DNA of 51,610 bases from Candidatus Onthoplasma sp. (GTDB taxonomy: Bacteria > Bacillota > Clostridia > Christensenellales > UBA1242), in the NCBI GenBank assembly GCA_045598895.1, contig JAZRUZ010000049.1:1-51610 (forward strand), given 5' to 3'. Shown here in pieces: positions 1 through 8,726 of the stretch (position 1 is the first letter of the stretch; each line of letters begins with the position of its first letter). Below the pieces are notes generated by a model that searched no databases, was not told where the DNA came from, and saw only the letters and a list, made by a program, of their open reading frames with translations. Both the position numbers and the translations under genes were made by a program.

Positions 1-112
1 TTTTTTGTTTGCATATAAATAATAATAAAAATATTAAACAAAATAATAAAAACTAAACAAAAGTATTTGCATTTTTTGTCGAAAAATGATAAATTTTAGT
101 TAGGAATAGTAT

Positions 113-856
113 ATGTTTAATACGAGTCACATTGTTTATATTACAGTTTCAACTATACTTACCGTAATAGGATTAATCCTTGCTAAGTTATTTGTAAAAA
201 CTGATAAGGCTAAATCTAGGATTATTAGAATTGCAGGCTGGTTATCTGTTATAACACACTTTAGTGTTCTGTGGGTAGATTTCTTCACAACGGGTACTGC
301 CACGGCCGATTCTAGCATTTTGCTTTTGATTTATCCATGCAATATACTTATGTGGTTAGTCCTTATATGTGGATATCTTCCAAAAGACAACAAAGTCTCA
401 AAAGTAATCTTTGAATTTGTGTTCTTTGCAAGTATAGTATGTGGAATTATTGGTATAGTCTTTAATCAAAATTATGACGCTAATCCAACGTTAACGAATT
501 GGTATTCATTAAAAGGTCTACTAAGTCATTCCTTCTTCTTATTTGGTGCTTTATATCTCTACGTCGCAGGGTATGTAAAAATTAGAGTTAAATGTTGTAT
601 ATCGGTAATTTTTGGTTTAATTTTCTTCTTAATAGACGGTTTTATTCACAATTGGTTATATTCAATTTTCAACTTAGGAGAACCAAACAACATGTATTTA
701 CAACACCCACCATTTGAGAATCTACCTTGGCTAAATACTTGGGTTATGGGGTTAGCGGCTATTCTATTAGTGTTTATAGTGACAGAAATATATGAATTAA
801 TAACTTTGAAAAAAGAAGAACGAACATTATATAGGTTGTTTAAAGGAGGTAAGTAA
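113..856 (+). CDS. YwaF/TMEM164-like integral membrane protein
   Basis: About 7 TM segments; LLLIYPCNI motif and a later SH, as in the YwaF family. Confidence 0.7.
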   Translation: MFNTSHIVYITVSTILTVIGLILAKLFVKTDKAKSRIIRIAGWLSVITHFSVLWVDFFTTGTATADSSILLLIYPCNILMWLVLICGYLPKDNKVSKVIFEFVFFASIVCGIIGIVFNQNYDANPTLTNWYSLKGLLSHSFFLFGALYLYVAGYVKIRVKCCISVIFGLIFFLIDGFIHNWLYSIFNLGEPNNMYLQHPPFENLPWLNTWVMGLAAILLVFIVTEIYELITLKKEERTLYRLFKGGK

Positions 857-1623
857 TGTTTGAAAATAATTTTAATATCACAAATCAATTAAAAAATTTC
901 TTTGGTTGGGAACTTGGAAAGGTTGAAATAACTCTTTTCTCTGGTTGGCACATTGGTTATGTATTAATCATTGCTGCATTAATTGTTGCTGGCGCTTTGC
1001 TTTTAAGAAAAAGATCACAAAAAACTAAAAAAATCACATTGAATGTCATTGCTATAACAACACTTTGTTTATACATATTCGACTTCTTCATTCAACCATT
1101 TATGAGAAGCGACTTCACTTTAAATATTGATAAGTTACCTTTCCATATTTGTACAGTTATGAGTATTGTGGCAGTATTCGCTCAATATTCAAAACGTAAT
1201 TGGTTTAGAGAGACATCTGCAATTTTAGCCATTACAGGTTCTTTAATGTACTTGGTTTATCCTGGTTCTGCTCTTGGTGGCGTTTCACCTTGGTGTTATC
1301 AAGTAATTCAAACTTTCGTTTATCATGGAATGCTTCTCGCTTGGGGTGTACTATCACTCACAACAGGAGAAATCAAACTCAATATGAAACATATATGGTA
1401 TCCTTTGTTGGGATTCGTTGCTATTTGCTTATGGGCCATGCTCGGAAACATCTGCTTTAATGGTGGCGGTCATTGGGATTGGTTCTTTATTACAGGTTCA
1501 ACATTCCCATTCGTTCCAGCAAACTTAATGCCATTAGCTTCAATATTTGCTTGTTATGGAGTTGCTTGTTTAGAATATTTAATTTACTTCTTGGCAACTT
1601 TTAAAAGAAAGAAAAATAACTAG
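856..1623 (+). CDS. YwaF/TMEM164-like integral membrane protein (paralog)
   Basis: FSGWH, KLPFHICT, VYP and FVYHG motifs; AGGAGG RBS; TAATG overlap with the previous gene. Confidence 0.75.
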   Translation: MFENNFNITNQLKNFFGWELGKVEITLFSGWHIGYVLIIAALIVAGALLLRKRSQKTKKITLNVIAITTLCLYIFDFFIQPFMRSDFTLNIDKLPFHICTVMSIVAVFAQYSKRNWFRETSAILAITGSLMYLVYPGSALGGVSPWCYQVIQTFVYHGMLLAWGVLSLTTGEIKLNMKHIWYPLLGFVAICLWAMLGNICFNGGGHWDWFFITGSTFPFVPANLMPLASIFACYGVACLEYLIYFLATFKRKKNN

Positions 1624-1641
1624 AAACGAAATTTAATTATT

Positions 1642-1672
1642 AAAAAAACAAGGAATTTATCCTTGTTTTTTT
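1642..1672. terminator. Bidirectional intrinsic terminator
   Basis: AAAAAAACAAGGA-attta-TCCTTGTTTTTTT between convergent genes. Confidence 0.8.
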
Positions 1673-1691
1673 AATAAGATATACAAAAAAT

Positions 1692-3116
1692 TTATAAAAT
1701 AAGATAGTCTTTCAAAAACTTTTCAACTCTAGTTATTGCGTCATTTAATTTATCCTTTTCGTTCATTTCTACAAACAATCTAATAATAGGTTCGGTTCCA
1801 GAGAACCTTATACATAGCCATTCATTATCTGCAAAAAATAATTTAAAATTACAATCTTTATCGTAAAATTGAATTTTATAATCAGAAAAAATAGAATCCA
1901 ATTTTTCTTTTATTAAATTTTTAATTAAATTTTTTTCTTCCAACTTAAAATGATAAGTTTTTTCTATGTTAATGTAGTTGTAGTTACCTGCAAATTGTCT
2001 TACTTCTTTTACTATTTCACTAAATGGTTTACCCATATCTGAAACCATTCTAATTATTAGTCCAATGGAAATCATACTATCTTTGCCTAATATATGGTTA
2101 TCCACAGCTAATCCACCACTATTTTCTCCACCAATAACTGCTTTAGTCTCTAATAGTTTAGAAGAAATATTTTTAAATCCAACATCCACACTATAACAAT
2201 CATAACCTAATTTTTTAGTTACCACATCTAATAAATTACTTGTACAACAATTTTTTATTGAAGGACCTGATTTATTGCAATATTTTATTAGATAATAGTA
2301 ACACACAGCCAAGATTACATTGTTGTCTATATAATTGCCTTGATTGTCAATAACTGCCAACCTATCGCCATCTGAATCTAAAGCGAATCCTAAATCAGCA
2401 TTTAATTTTAAAACTCTAGATTTTAATTTAGACAATTTTTTCTCAGAAGGCTCTGGCGCAACAAAGTTGAAAAAGGCATTGTGCTTAGAGTTAATTATTT
2501 CATATTTTTTTATATCCATTTTTTTTGATAAATATTTCAATTCTCGAACACTAGAGCCAAACATTGCATCGTACACTATAGTTAATCCCGATCCTCTACC
2601 TAATAAAGATTGATTATTAACCAAAAAATCAATGAATTTTCTATCGTAATTAACAATTTGAATTAAATTTCCAACCTCAGTATCAAAGTCTACTCGTTTT
2701 ATTTTATCGGTATTTGCCATTTCTTGTTCGATTAAATTAGTATCATCAATAGATGCATCTTTACCTTTATAAAATACCTTTATGCCGTTATAATTATAAG
2801 GATTATGGCTGGCAGTGATCATTATACCATAGTCATTGTTCTCAACAACAGAAGCATACATAGCCACAGGTGTCGTAACTGACAATTTATTAAATTTTAC
2901 ACTAATATTATTACCAGCAAAAACTTCTGCACACCATTTTGCAAAATAGTCAGACCCAAACCTGTTATCAAATCCAATAACAACTTCTCGTTTTAAATTA
3001 TTTTTGATTATAATATTACTAATAGACTGACAAATAAGTTCAACATTATACTTATTATATTCTTCGCCTATAATAGCTCGAAACCCACCTGTTCCGAATT
3101 TTACATTGTGTTTCAT
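1692..3116 (-). CDS. Phosphoglucomutase/phosphomannomutase family protein
   Basis: FGTGGFR, ITASHNP (phosphoserine), DSDGDR (metal binding), GENSGG, RFSGTEP. Confidence 0.92.
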   Translation of the reverse strand: MKHNVKFGTGGFRAIIGEEYNKYNVELICQSISNIIIKNNLKREVVIGFDNRFGSDYFAKWCAEVFAGNNISVKFNKLSVTTPVAMYASVVENNDYGIMITASHNPYNYNGIKVFYKGKDASIDDTNLIEQEMANTDKIKRVDFDTEVGNLIQIVNYDRKFIDFLVNNQSLLGRGSGLTIVYDAMFGSSVRELKYLSKKMDIKKYEIINSKHNAFFNFVAPEPSEKKLSKLKSRVLKLNADLGFALDSDGDRLAVIDNQGNYIDNNVILAVCYYYLIKYCNKSGPSIKNCCTSNLLDVVTKKLGYDCYSVDVGFKNISSKLLETKAVIGGENSGGLAVDNHILGKDSMISIGLIIRMVSDMGKPFSEIVKEVRQFAGNYNYINIEKTYHFKLEEKNLIKNLIKEKLDSIFSDYKIQFYDKDCNFKLFFADNEWLCIRFSGTEPIIRLFVEMNEKDKLNDAITRVEKFLKDYLIL

Positions 3117-3122
3117 ACTAAA

Positions 3123-3151
3123 ATATTACATTTTTTAACATTTTTTGTCAA
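3123..3151 (-). promoter_or_regulatory. sigmaA promoter for pgm, predicted leaderless
   Basis: TTGACA-17-TAATAT, 6 nt from the ATG, no SD. Confidence 0.7.
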
Positions 3152-3289
3152 ATAATAACAAATCATTTAAAAGATATTCTTCTTCAATTTATAATGAATT
3201 ATACTTACCTGAATTGAGTTATTAATAAAAAAGATTATACATTAAAGTATAATCTCCATTTTTAGAGAATAGACAAGTTAAAATTTATT

Positions 3290-3730
3290 TTATTTAGCTT
3301 CTATCTCATCTTCTGCTGACTGGTGTTCTACTAAATTTTCACCAACTACCCATGTTGCAATCATGTATCCTGTAGCCATAAGTGACACGATAGAGATTGA
3401 AATGAATAAGTTGAAGAAATCAGCACTAATTCCTGTTGCCCCTGTGTTAATGAAGTATAAAATGCAAGCCATTGCGACAGCCAACAAACTTAAGATATAG
3501 ACAATCCAACCTGAAGTAAGTTTTCCTTCGCCTGCGCTAGTGCAAATTATATCGAAAATTACTACACCAACTACCAAAGCACTCCAAATCCAATAAACTA
3601 CTTTAGCCCACATTACAACATCTCTAACGATTAAGCAGTAGACAAAGAAAGCAGTCATTGCGATAGCAAGTGCGGCAAGTGTGTAATAAACCACAATCGA
3701 CAAAAGTTTTTTGCTATTTACGCTCATCAT
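3290..3730 (-). CDS. Hypothetical 4-TM membrane protein
   Basis: AGGAGG RBS; four hydrophobic helices; upstream GTATA-17-AATAATA resembles a sigmaG/F promoter. Confidence 0.75.
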   Translation of the reverse strand: MMSVNSKKLLSIVVYYTLAALAIAMTAFFVYCLIVRDVVMWAKVVYWIWSALVVGVVIFDIICTSAGEGKLTSGWIVYILSLLAVAMACILYFINTGATGISADFFNLFISISIVSLMATGYMIATWVVGENLVEHQSAEDEIEAK

Positions 3731-3857
3731 AGCCTCCTAACATTATTATTTTCAAAAAGCCAAATTTTATACTATATGAAAATCTTTAGAATCGGTATAA
3801 CTAATTCATATAACAAAATTTAAAATTATATGCTATATTTATTACCAAGGAGACATT

Positions 3858-4547
3858 ATGACATTTAAAGAATTAAAAAATTTATATCAGGATTACATAC
3901 AAACTCAAAACAATTTAAACAACTTAAATTCAAATATAGATTGGACTCTTAAAGAGATAAAAAACAAAAGAGAAGAGTTTGTAAAAAAATTAAATGAAAT
4001 TAGAACAAAATTTACGGAACGCAAATCGATTTTTGAGTTTAAATTAAAAGATTTCGCACATATTTTACAAATAAACTCTAAAGAAGCAGGGGTTGAAATC
4101 AAAATTACACCTGAACGAAAAACAATAACTTATGAAGATAATGATTTTTATGCAACAAGCGATATAACAGAAGATTATTTAATCTGGAGATTTAGATTTC
4201 CAAAAGACAACAGAGCTAAAGATTGTGAATTTTTTCAATGCAGAGCAAATATAGATTATTTATTAGGCCATATCGATTGCGATTTTTCTAATTTATTATT
4301 TGAAAAAGTACCTTACAAAGAAATAATTGTTAAAACTATATTTGATTTAGTAGAAAAAAGTTTTAAAGATTTAGCCCTTGAAAAACAAAACAAAATCAAA
4401 AAATCTAACAATTTACTAACCGAGAGATACAAGCAACTTAGTGACGAAGCATATATTAAAAAAGAATTAAATAGATTAGAAAACGAAATCGACAAAAATA
4501 ATACTGAAATTGAAAACTTAAATAACGTAAACAATATTGAAATTTAA
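3858..4547 (+). CDS. Hypothetical protein with coiled-coil termini
   Basis: AAGGAG RBS; 229-aa ORF; no recognised motif. Confidence 0.7.
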   Translation: MTFKELKNLYQDYIQTQNNLNNLNSNIDWTLKEIKNKREEFVKKLNEIRTKFTERKSIFEFKLKDFAHILQINSKEAGVEIKITPERKTITYEDNDFYATSDITEDYLIWRFRFPKDNRAKDCEFFQCRANIDYLLGHIDCDFSNLLFEKVPYKEIIVKTIFDLVEKSFKDLALEKQNKIKKSNNLLTERYKQLSDEAYIKKELNRLENEIDKNNTEIENLNNVNNIEI

Positions 4548-4590
4548 AAAATGGCACAAGGGCAACAAACTTTATAACTAGTAAAAAACA

Positions 4591-4624
4591 AAAGAGGTGA
4601 TATTTTTAAGTCACCACTCTTTTT
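4591..4624 (+). terminator. Intrinsic terminator
   Basis: AAAGAGGTGA...TCACCACTCTTTTT imperfect hairpin followed by a T-run. Confidence 0.55.
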
Positions 4625-4743
4625 ATTGATTTAAAAATATATTGAATGTAACATTCTCACAATTTCATTAATTTTTATTAACATATTGAAATAATTTAAC
4701 AAACATGATATAATTAAACACGAAAGATGTTAAGGAGTTTTCT

Positions 4744-5541
4744 ATGTTTCAAAAAAATGTTAATGAAGAAATCAAAAATCTATTAATTCATTTTTTGGAC
4801 GAACACATTTTCCCAAAAATTTTGGATACAGACAATTTTCTTGGAGCTGTAACGTATGGTTCTTCTGTTACAGGATTTTCTTCAAAAAATTCAGATATTG
4901 ATTTACTTATATTATTAAGAGAGGCTGATTGTACTGTTAGGGGAGTAAAAATATATGAGGGACATAAAGTGGAATATTTTATTAAACCTATTGAAAAATT
5001 TCTTTCAGAAACAATAAAATATACCAATTCAAATTGCCCAACACAAGTTGCATTAGAACAAAATGGATACATTTTATATGATGAATATGGATTGATAGAA
5101 AACATATTAAAAACAAGCAGTGATTATTATAAAAAAAACAGACAAAAACCAAACAAAAATTATGATTTAACATTTGTCCAAATAGAAAATAGAATTGCGA
5201 GTTTACGTAATATTTTTGAAAGAAATGGTGCTGAATTTTACATGGTTTATTACAATATATTAGAGATGATTAGACAGTGGCACTCACAAACACATGATGA
5301 GGCTGATGTTCCATTTGCAAAAGCATATAGAGTTTACACTGACAAAAGTTATTATGATAAATATGTATCAAATGAAGCCGGAAATTCGTTACCAGATAAG
5401 AAATTTATTGATTTATATACTAAATGTGTAGAACAAAAAACAGATAAAACAAAAATGTTATCGAATTTACAATTGTTATATGACTATGAAAAGAGTTTTA
5501 TAAGTATCAATCCTAATGATTATGAATTAGAATTAAAATAA
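4744..5541 (+). CDS. Pol-beta-superfamily nucleotidyltransferase domain protein
   Basis: YGS...SDIDL signature plus KVEYF third acidic residue; helical C-terminal domain. Confidence 0.8.
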   Translation: MFQKNVNEEIKNLLIHFLDEHIFPKILDTDNFLGAVTYGSSVTGFSSKNSDIDLLILLREADCTVRGVKIYEGHKVEYFIKPIEKFLSETIKYTNSNCPTQVALEQNGYILYDEYGLIENILKTSSDYYKKNRQKPNKNYDLTFVQIENRIASLRNIFERNGAEFYMVYYNILEMIRQWHSQTHDEADVPFAKAYRVYTDKSYYDKYVSNEAGNSLPDKKFIDLYTKCVEQKTDKTKMLSNLQLLYDYEKSFISINPNDYELELK

Positions 5542-5660
5542 AAAATAACTTTTATTTAATTATAATGAAAAAAATCCTAAAACTATTGCTATTTTACAGA
5601 TTGTATGGTATAATTTTAATGTTGCTTATTAGCAACAAAATATATTTAAGGAGAATTATT

Positions 5661-5870
5661 ATGACAATTCAAGAATTATATGATGTTTTAGGACAATTTA
5701 TTAAAAATCACCCAGAATATAAAGACAAAAAAATAATGCTAGAAGATTTGAAAGGTAAGAAGGGTAAGCTTAAAGTAGAAAATGATATTATAAAACAAAT
5801 AAAGAAAATTAATGAGATAAATTGTGCAGTCATTCATGATGATGAACCTTGGAATGATGTCTTGGACTGA
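5661..5870 (+). CDS. Small hypothetical protein (69 aa; start revised from 5565)
   Basis: AAGGAG RBS before ATG 5661; promoter TTGCTA-17-TATAAT at 5586-5614 lies inside the longer ORF call. Confidence 0.65.
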   Translation: MTIQELYDVLGQFIKNHPEYKDKKIMLEDLKGKKGKLKVENDIIKQIKKINEINCAVIHDDEPWNDVLD

Positions 5871-5883
5871 TGATAGTATATAG

Positions 5884-5917
5884 AAAAAAAGGAATATCTA
5901 TTGGATATTCCTTTTTT
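5884..5917. terminator. Bidirectional terminator
   Basis: AAAAAAAGGAATATC-tattg-GATATTCCTTTTTT. Confidence 0.8.
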
Positions 5918-5971
5918 GTTGGTTTCTAAATTTATAATTTAATAACACTTTTTGTATTCGATTTTTTAAGC

Positions 5972-8596
5972 TTATGCTTTTTTACGCCTAATTTTAATTT
6001 TTTTATCTTCTTTCTCTAAAATTTTTTCTTTAGATAGAATTGCTTTCATGAGTTCGCAAGTTGGAATTATGAGAACGGAAGCAATGATTATCATTATCCA
6101 TTGAGAAAAATTCAAGAACTCTAAATCAAACAATGTATACATAAAAGGCAGGATTGCCACTGATAAATTTAAAATAAGCGTAATGATGAAACATAATATA
6201 AATGTTTTGTTTTTATAAAGCGACTTATCAAAAATCGTATTATGAGACTTACAATTTATGCTGTGAAGTAATTGCATAAAGATTATTGTGAAGAAGACCA
6301 TTGTGCTAGCAACTTCTGGAGTATAGCAGAAAATGCCTATCATAAACATCGCGATAACTATAACAGTTTGAAGTATTGCTTCGTAAATTATACTAATACC
6401 TGTGCGCCCTGCGAAAAGTCCTGCTTTACTATTTCTTGGAGGCTCTTTCATAAATTCCGGCTCAACTTTTTCGACTCCTAAAGCAAAGGCAGGCAAACTA
6501 TCAGTAACTAAATTAATAAACAACATTTGTACAGGTGTTAAAAATATAAACTTAGGAAACAAAAGTAACGAAATAAGCATACCGAATACTTCCACACAGT
6601 TAGTCGAAATCAAGAATTCTAACGCTTTTTGAATATTATGGTAAACTTTTCTACCTTCTTCAACAGCCACCACAATTGATGAAAAGTTGTCATCAGTTAT
6701 TACCATATCAGCAACATTTCTAACAACATCTGTTCCAGATTTACCCATACCGACGCCAATGTCAGCAATCTTTAGACTTGGTGCATCATTTATTCCGTCG
6801 CCTGTCATGGCAACAATTTTGTTTAGTCCTTTGTAAGAATTCACAATTCTAACCTTATGTTCTGGGCTAACTCGTGCAAACACAGTAAATTTTGGACATA
6901 GTCTAATTAGTTCCTTATCACTTAATTTATCAATTTCGTCGCCTGACATAACCTCGTCAATAGATTTTGCAATTCCTAATTCTTTTGCGATTGCAAAGGC
7001 AGTATTTTTGTTGTCACCGGTAATCATAACCGGTTTAAGTCCGGCAGAAAAACACTTTTGTATGCTTTCTTTTATTTCTGGTCTTGGTCTATCCATCATA
7101 CCTACTAAACCTAAAAACACTAAATCACTTTCAACCTCATCGTTTGAATTGAAGTCGTCTAGTTTTTTATAAGCAAAGGCAATGACTCTTAATGCCTTGT
7201 CGGCCATTTCCTTAGATGCTGAAACTATTTTATTTTTGATATTTTCATCTAAAAGCACATTTTCGCCATCTATTTCAATGTATTTACACCTGTCAAGCAC
7301 TCGCTCTAATGCGCCTTTTGTGTAACTTTTAATTCCGTCGTCATTGATAAGCACACTCATCATCTTCCTAGTAGAATTGAATGGAATTTCATGGATCTTT
7401 TCAAAACTTTTTTCTAAATTGTAATTTAATGTAAAATCAAAAATTGCCTTTTCGGTTGGTTCTCCTGTCGTTAACCCATTTTCCCGTTTTGCATTTGTAC
7501 ATAATTTCATACACTTAATAAATTCGTCACTTAATTTTGCGTTTGTTTTTAGATTTGAGAAACTCTCCACAACTTCCATTTTATTTTGAGTAAGTGTTCC
7601 TGTTTTATCTGTACAAATAATCTCACAACTGCCTAAAGTTTCCACTGCATGAAGGTGTTTAATTATACATCTTCTCTTCGCAAGTTGCTGAACACCTAGC
7701 GCCATAATGATAGTTATTACAGCCGGCAAACTTTCCGGAATTGCTGCGACTGCAAGACTTACTGATACCATAATTGTATCCATAAGATTATGCCCTTGAA
7801 TTAACTCAATTACAAAAATTATTAAACACACTGCAAGTACAGTATAAGTTATAACTTTACCTATTTTGTCTATAGATTTTTGAAGGGGAGTAACTTCTTT
7901 TTTCGCATTAAAGATAACATTCGCAATTTTGCCTATTTCAGTATTTTGTCCGGTAGCGACCACCACTCCCTTTGCCTTACCAGAAGTCACCATACTACCT
8001 GAATAGCACATGTTTTTTCTGTCGGCTAAAAGTGTAGTTTTCTTTAACACCAAATCAGCATTCTTTTCTTGTGGAACACTTTCGCCTGTAAGACTACTCT
8101 CATCGCACGAAAAGTTGTTAGTTTCAATAAGTCTAATGTCTGCTGTCACTACATTACCTGCAACGAGTTCTATAATATCACCCACGACAAGTTCCGTGCT
8201 GTCGATATTGAAAGTAACTCCATTTCGAATAGTCTTTACTGAAATCTTATTATATTTTTGTAAGTCATTTAAGCACGCCTGCGCCTTGTTTTCCTGATAA
8301 ACACCTATAATCGCGTTCATTATGACTATGAAAAGTATTACAAACCCTTCATATAAGTCTTCATACTGTTTTTTTATAATTGCAACACTAATTGAAACAA
8401 TCGCAGCAAAAAGTAGAATGCCTACCATTATATTTAAAAATTGTTTAAAGAAACAAACTATTAGCGACTCTTTCTTTGCCTTTTTTAATTCATTTTTTCC
8501 ATTTTGTTTTAATCTTTTATCTGCTTCTTTTGTTCCTAAACCAAGTCTAGTTGTGTTTAATTCTGTTAAAACTTCATCTATTTTTTTACTATACAT
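5972..8596 (-). CDS. Cation-translocating P-type ATPase (P2A, Ca2+-type, YloB-like)
   Basis: LTGES, IPESLP, DKTGTLT, KGALE, MITGD, TGDGINDAP, NLVTDSLPA. Confidence 0.93.
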   Translation of the reverse strand: MYSKKIDEVLTELNTTRLGLGTKEADKRLKQNGKNELKKAKKESLIVCFFKQFLNIMVGILLFAAIVSISVAIIKKQYEDLYEGFVILFIVIMNAIIGVYQENKAQACLNDLQKYNKISVKTIRNGVTFNIDSTELVVGDIIELVAGNVVTADIRLIETNNFSCDESSLTGESVPQEKNADLVLKKTTLLADRKNMCYSGSMVTSGKAKGVVVATGQNTEIGKIANVIFNAKKEVTPLQKSIDKIGKVITYTVLAVCLIIFVIELIQGHNLMDTIMVSVSLAVAAIPESLPAVITIIMALGVQQLAKRRCIIKHLHAVETLGSCEIICTDKTGTLTQNKMEVVESFSNLKTNAKLSDEFIKCMKLCTNAKRENGLTTGEPTEKAIFDFTLNYNLEKSFEKIHEIPFNSTRKMMSVLINDDGIKSYTKGALERVLDRCKYIEIDGENVLLDENIKNKIVSASKEMADKALRVIAFAYKKLDDFNSNDEVESDLVFLGLVGMMDRPRPEIKESIQKCFSAGLKPVMITGDNKNTAFAIAKELGIAKSIDEVMSGDEIDKLSDKELIRLCPKFTVFARVSPEHKVRIVNSYKGLNKIVAMTGDGINDAPSLKIADIGVGMGKSGTDVVRNVADMVITDDNFSSIVVAVEEGRKVYHNIQKALEFLISTNCVEVFGMLISLLLFPKFIFLTPVQMLFINLVTDSLPAFALGVEKVEPEFMKEPPRNSKAGLFAGRTGISIIYEAILQTVIVIAMFMIGIFCYTPEVASTMVFFTIIFMQLLHSINCKSHNTIFDKSLYKNKTFILCFIITLILNLSVAILPFMYTLFDLEFLNFSQWIMIIIASVLIIPTCELMKAILSKEKILEKEDKKIKIRRKKA

Positions 8597-8601
8597 ACAA
8601 T

Positions 8602-8629
8602 AATGTATTTATATCTTTTTTACTATAGA
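8602..8629 (-). promoter_or_regulatory. Putative sigmaE promoter of the P-type ATPase
   Basis: TCTATA-14-AATACATT, 5 nt from the ATG; same geometry as the spmA promoter. Confidence 0.4.
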
Positions 8630-8726
8630 ACAAATGTACATTTATCGACAAAACTATTTGATAAGCTGACTAATAAAGTCACAAATGTGTTGAAATTCTT
8701 AAAATATATGTTATAATATATAGGCT

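Noticed and set aside
4552-4565. TGGCACAAGGGCAA as a reverse tRNA 3'-end att remnant
   Set aside because: Too short, no T-arm, and no matching tRNA in the window
8628-8639. GAAC-AAAT-GTAC as a LexA box
   Set aside because: A single imperfect match that overlaps the putative sigmaE -35; the flanking genes are not typical SOS genes
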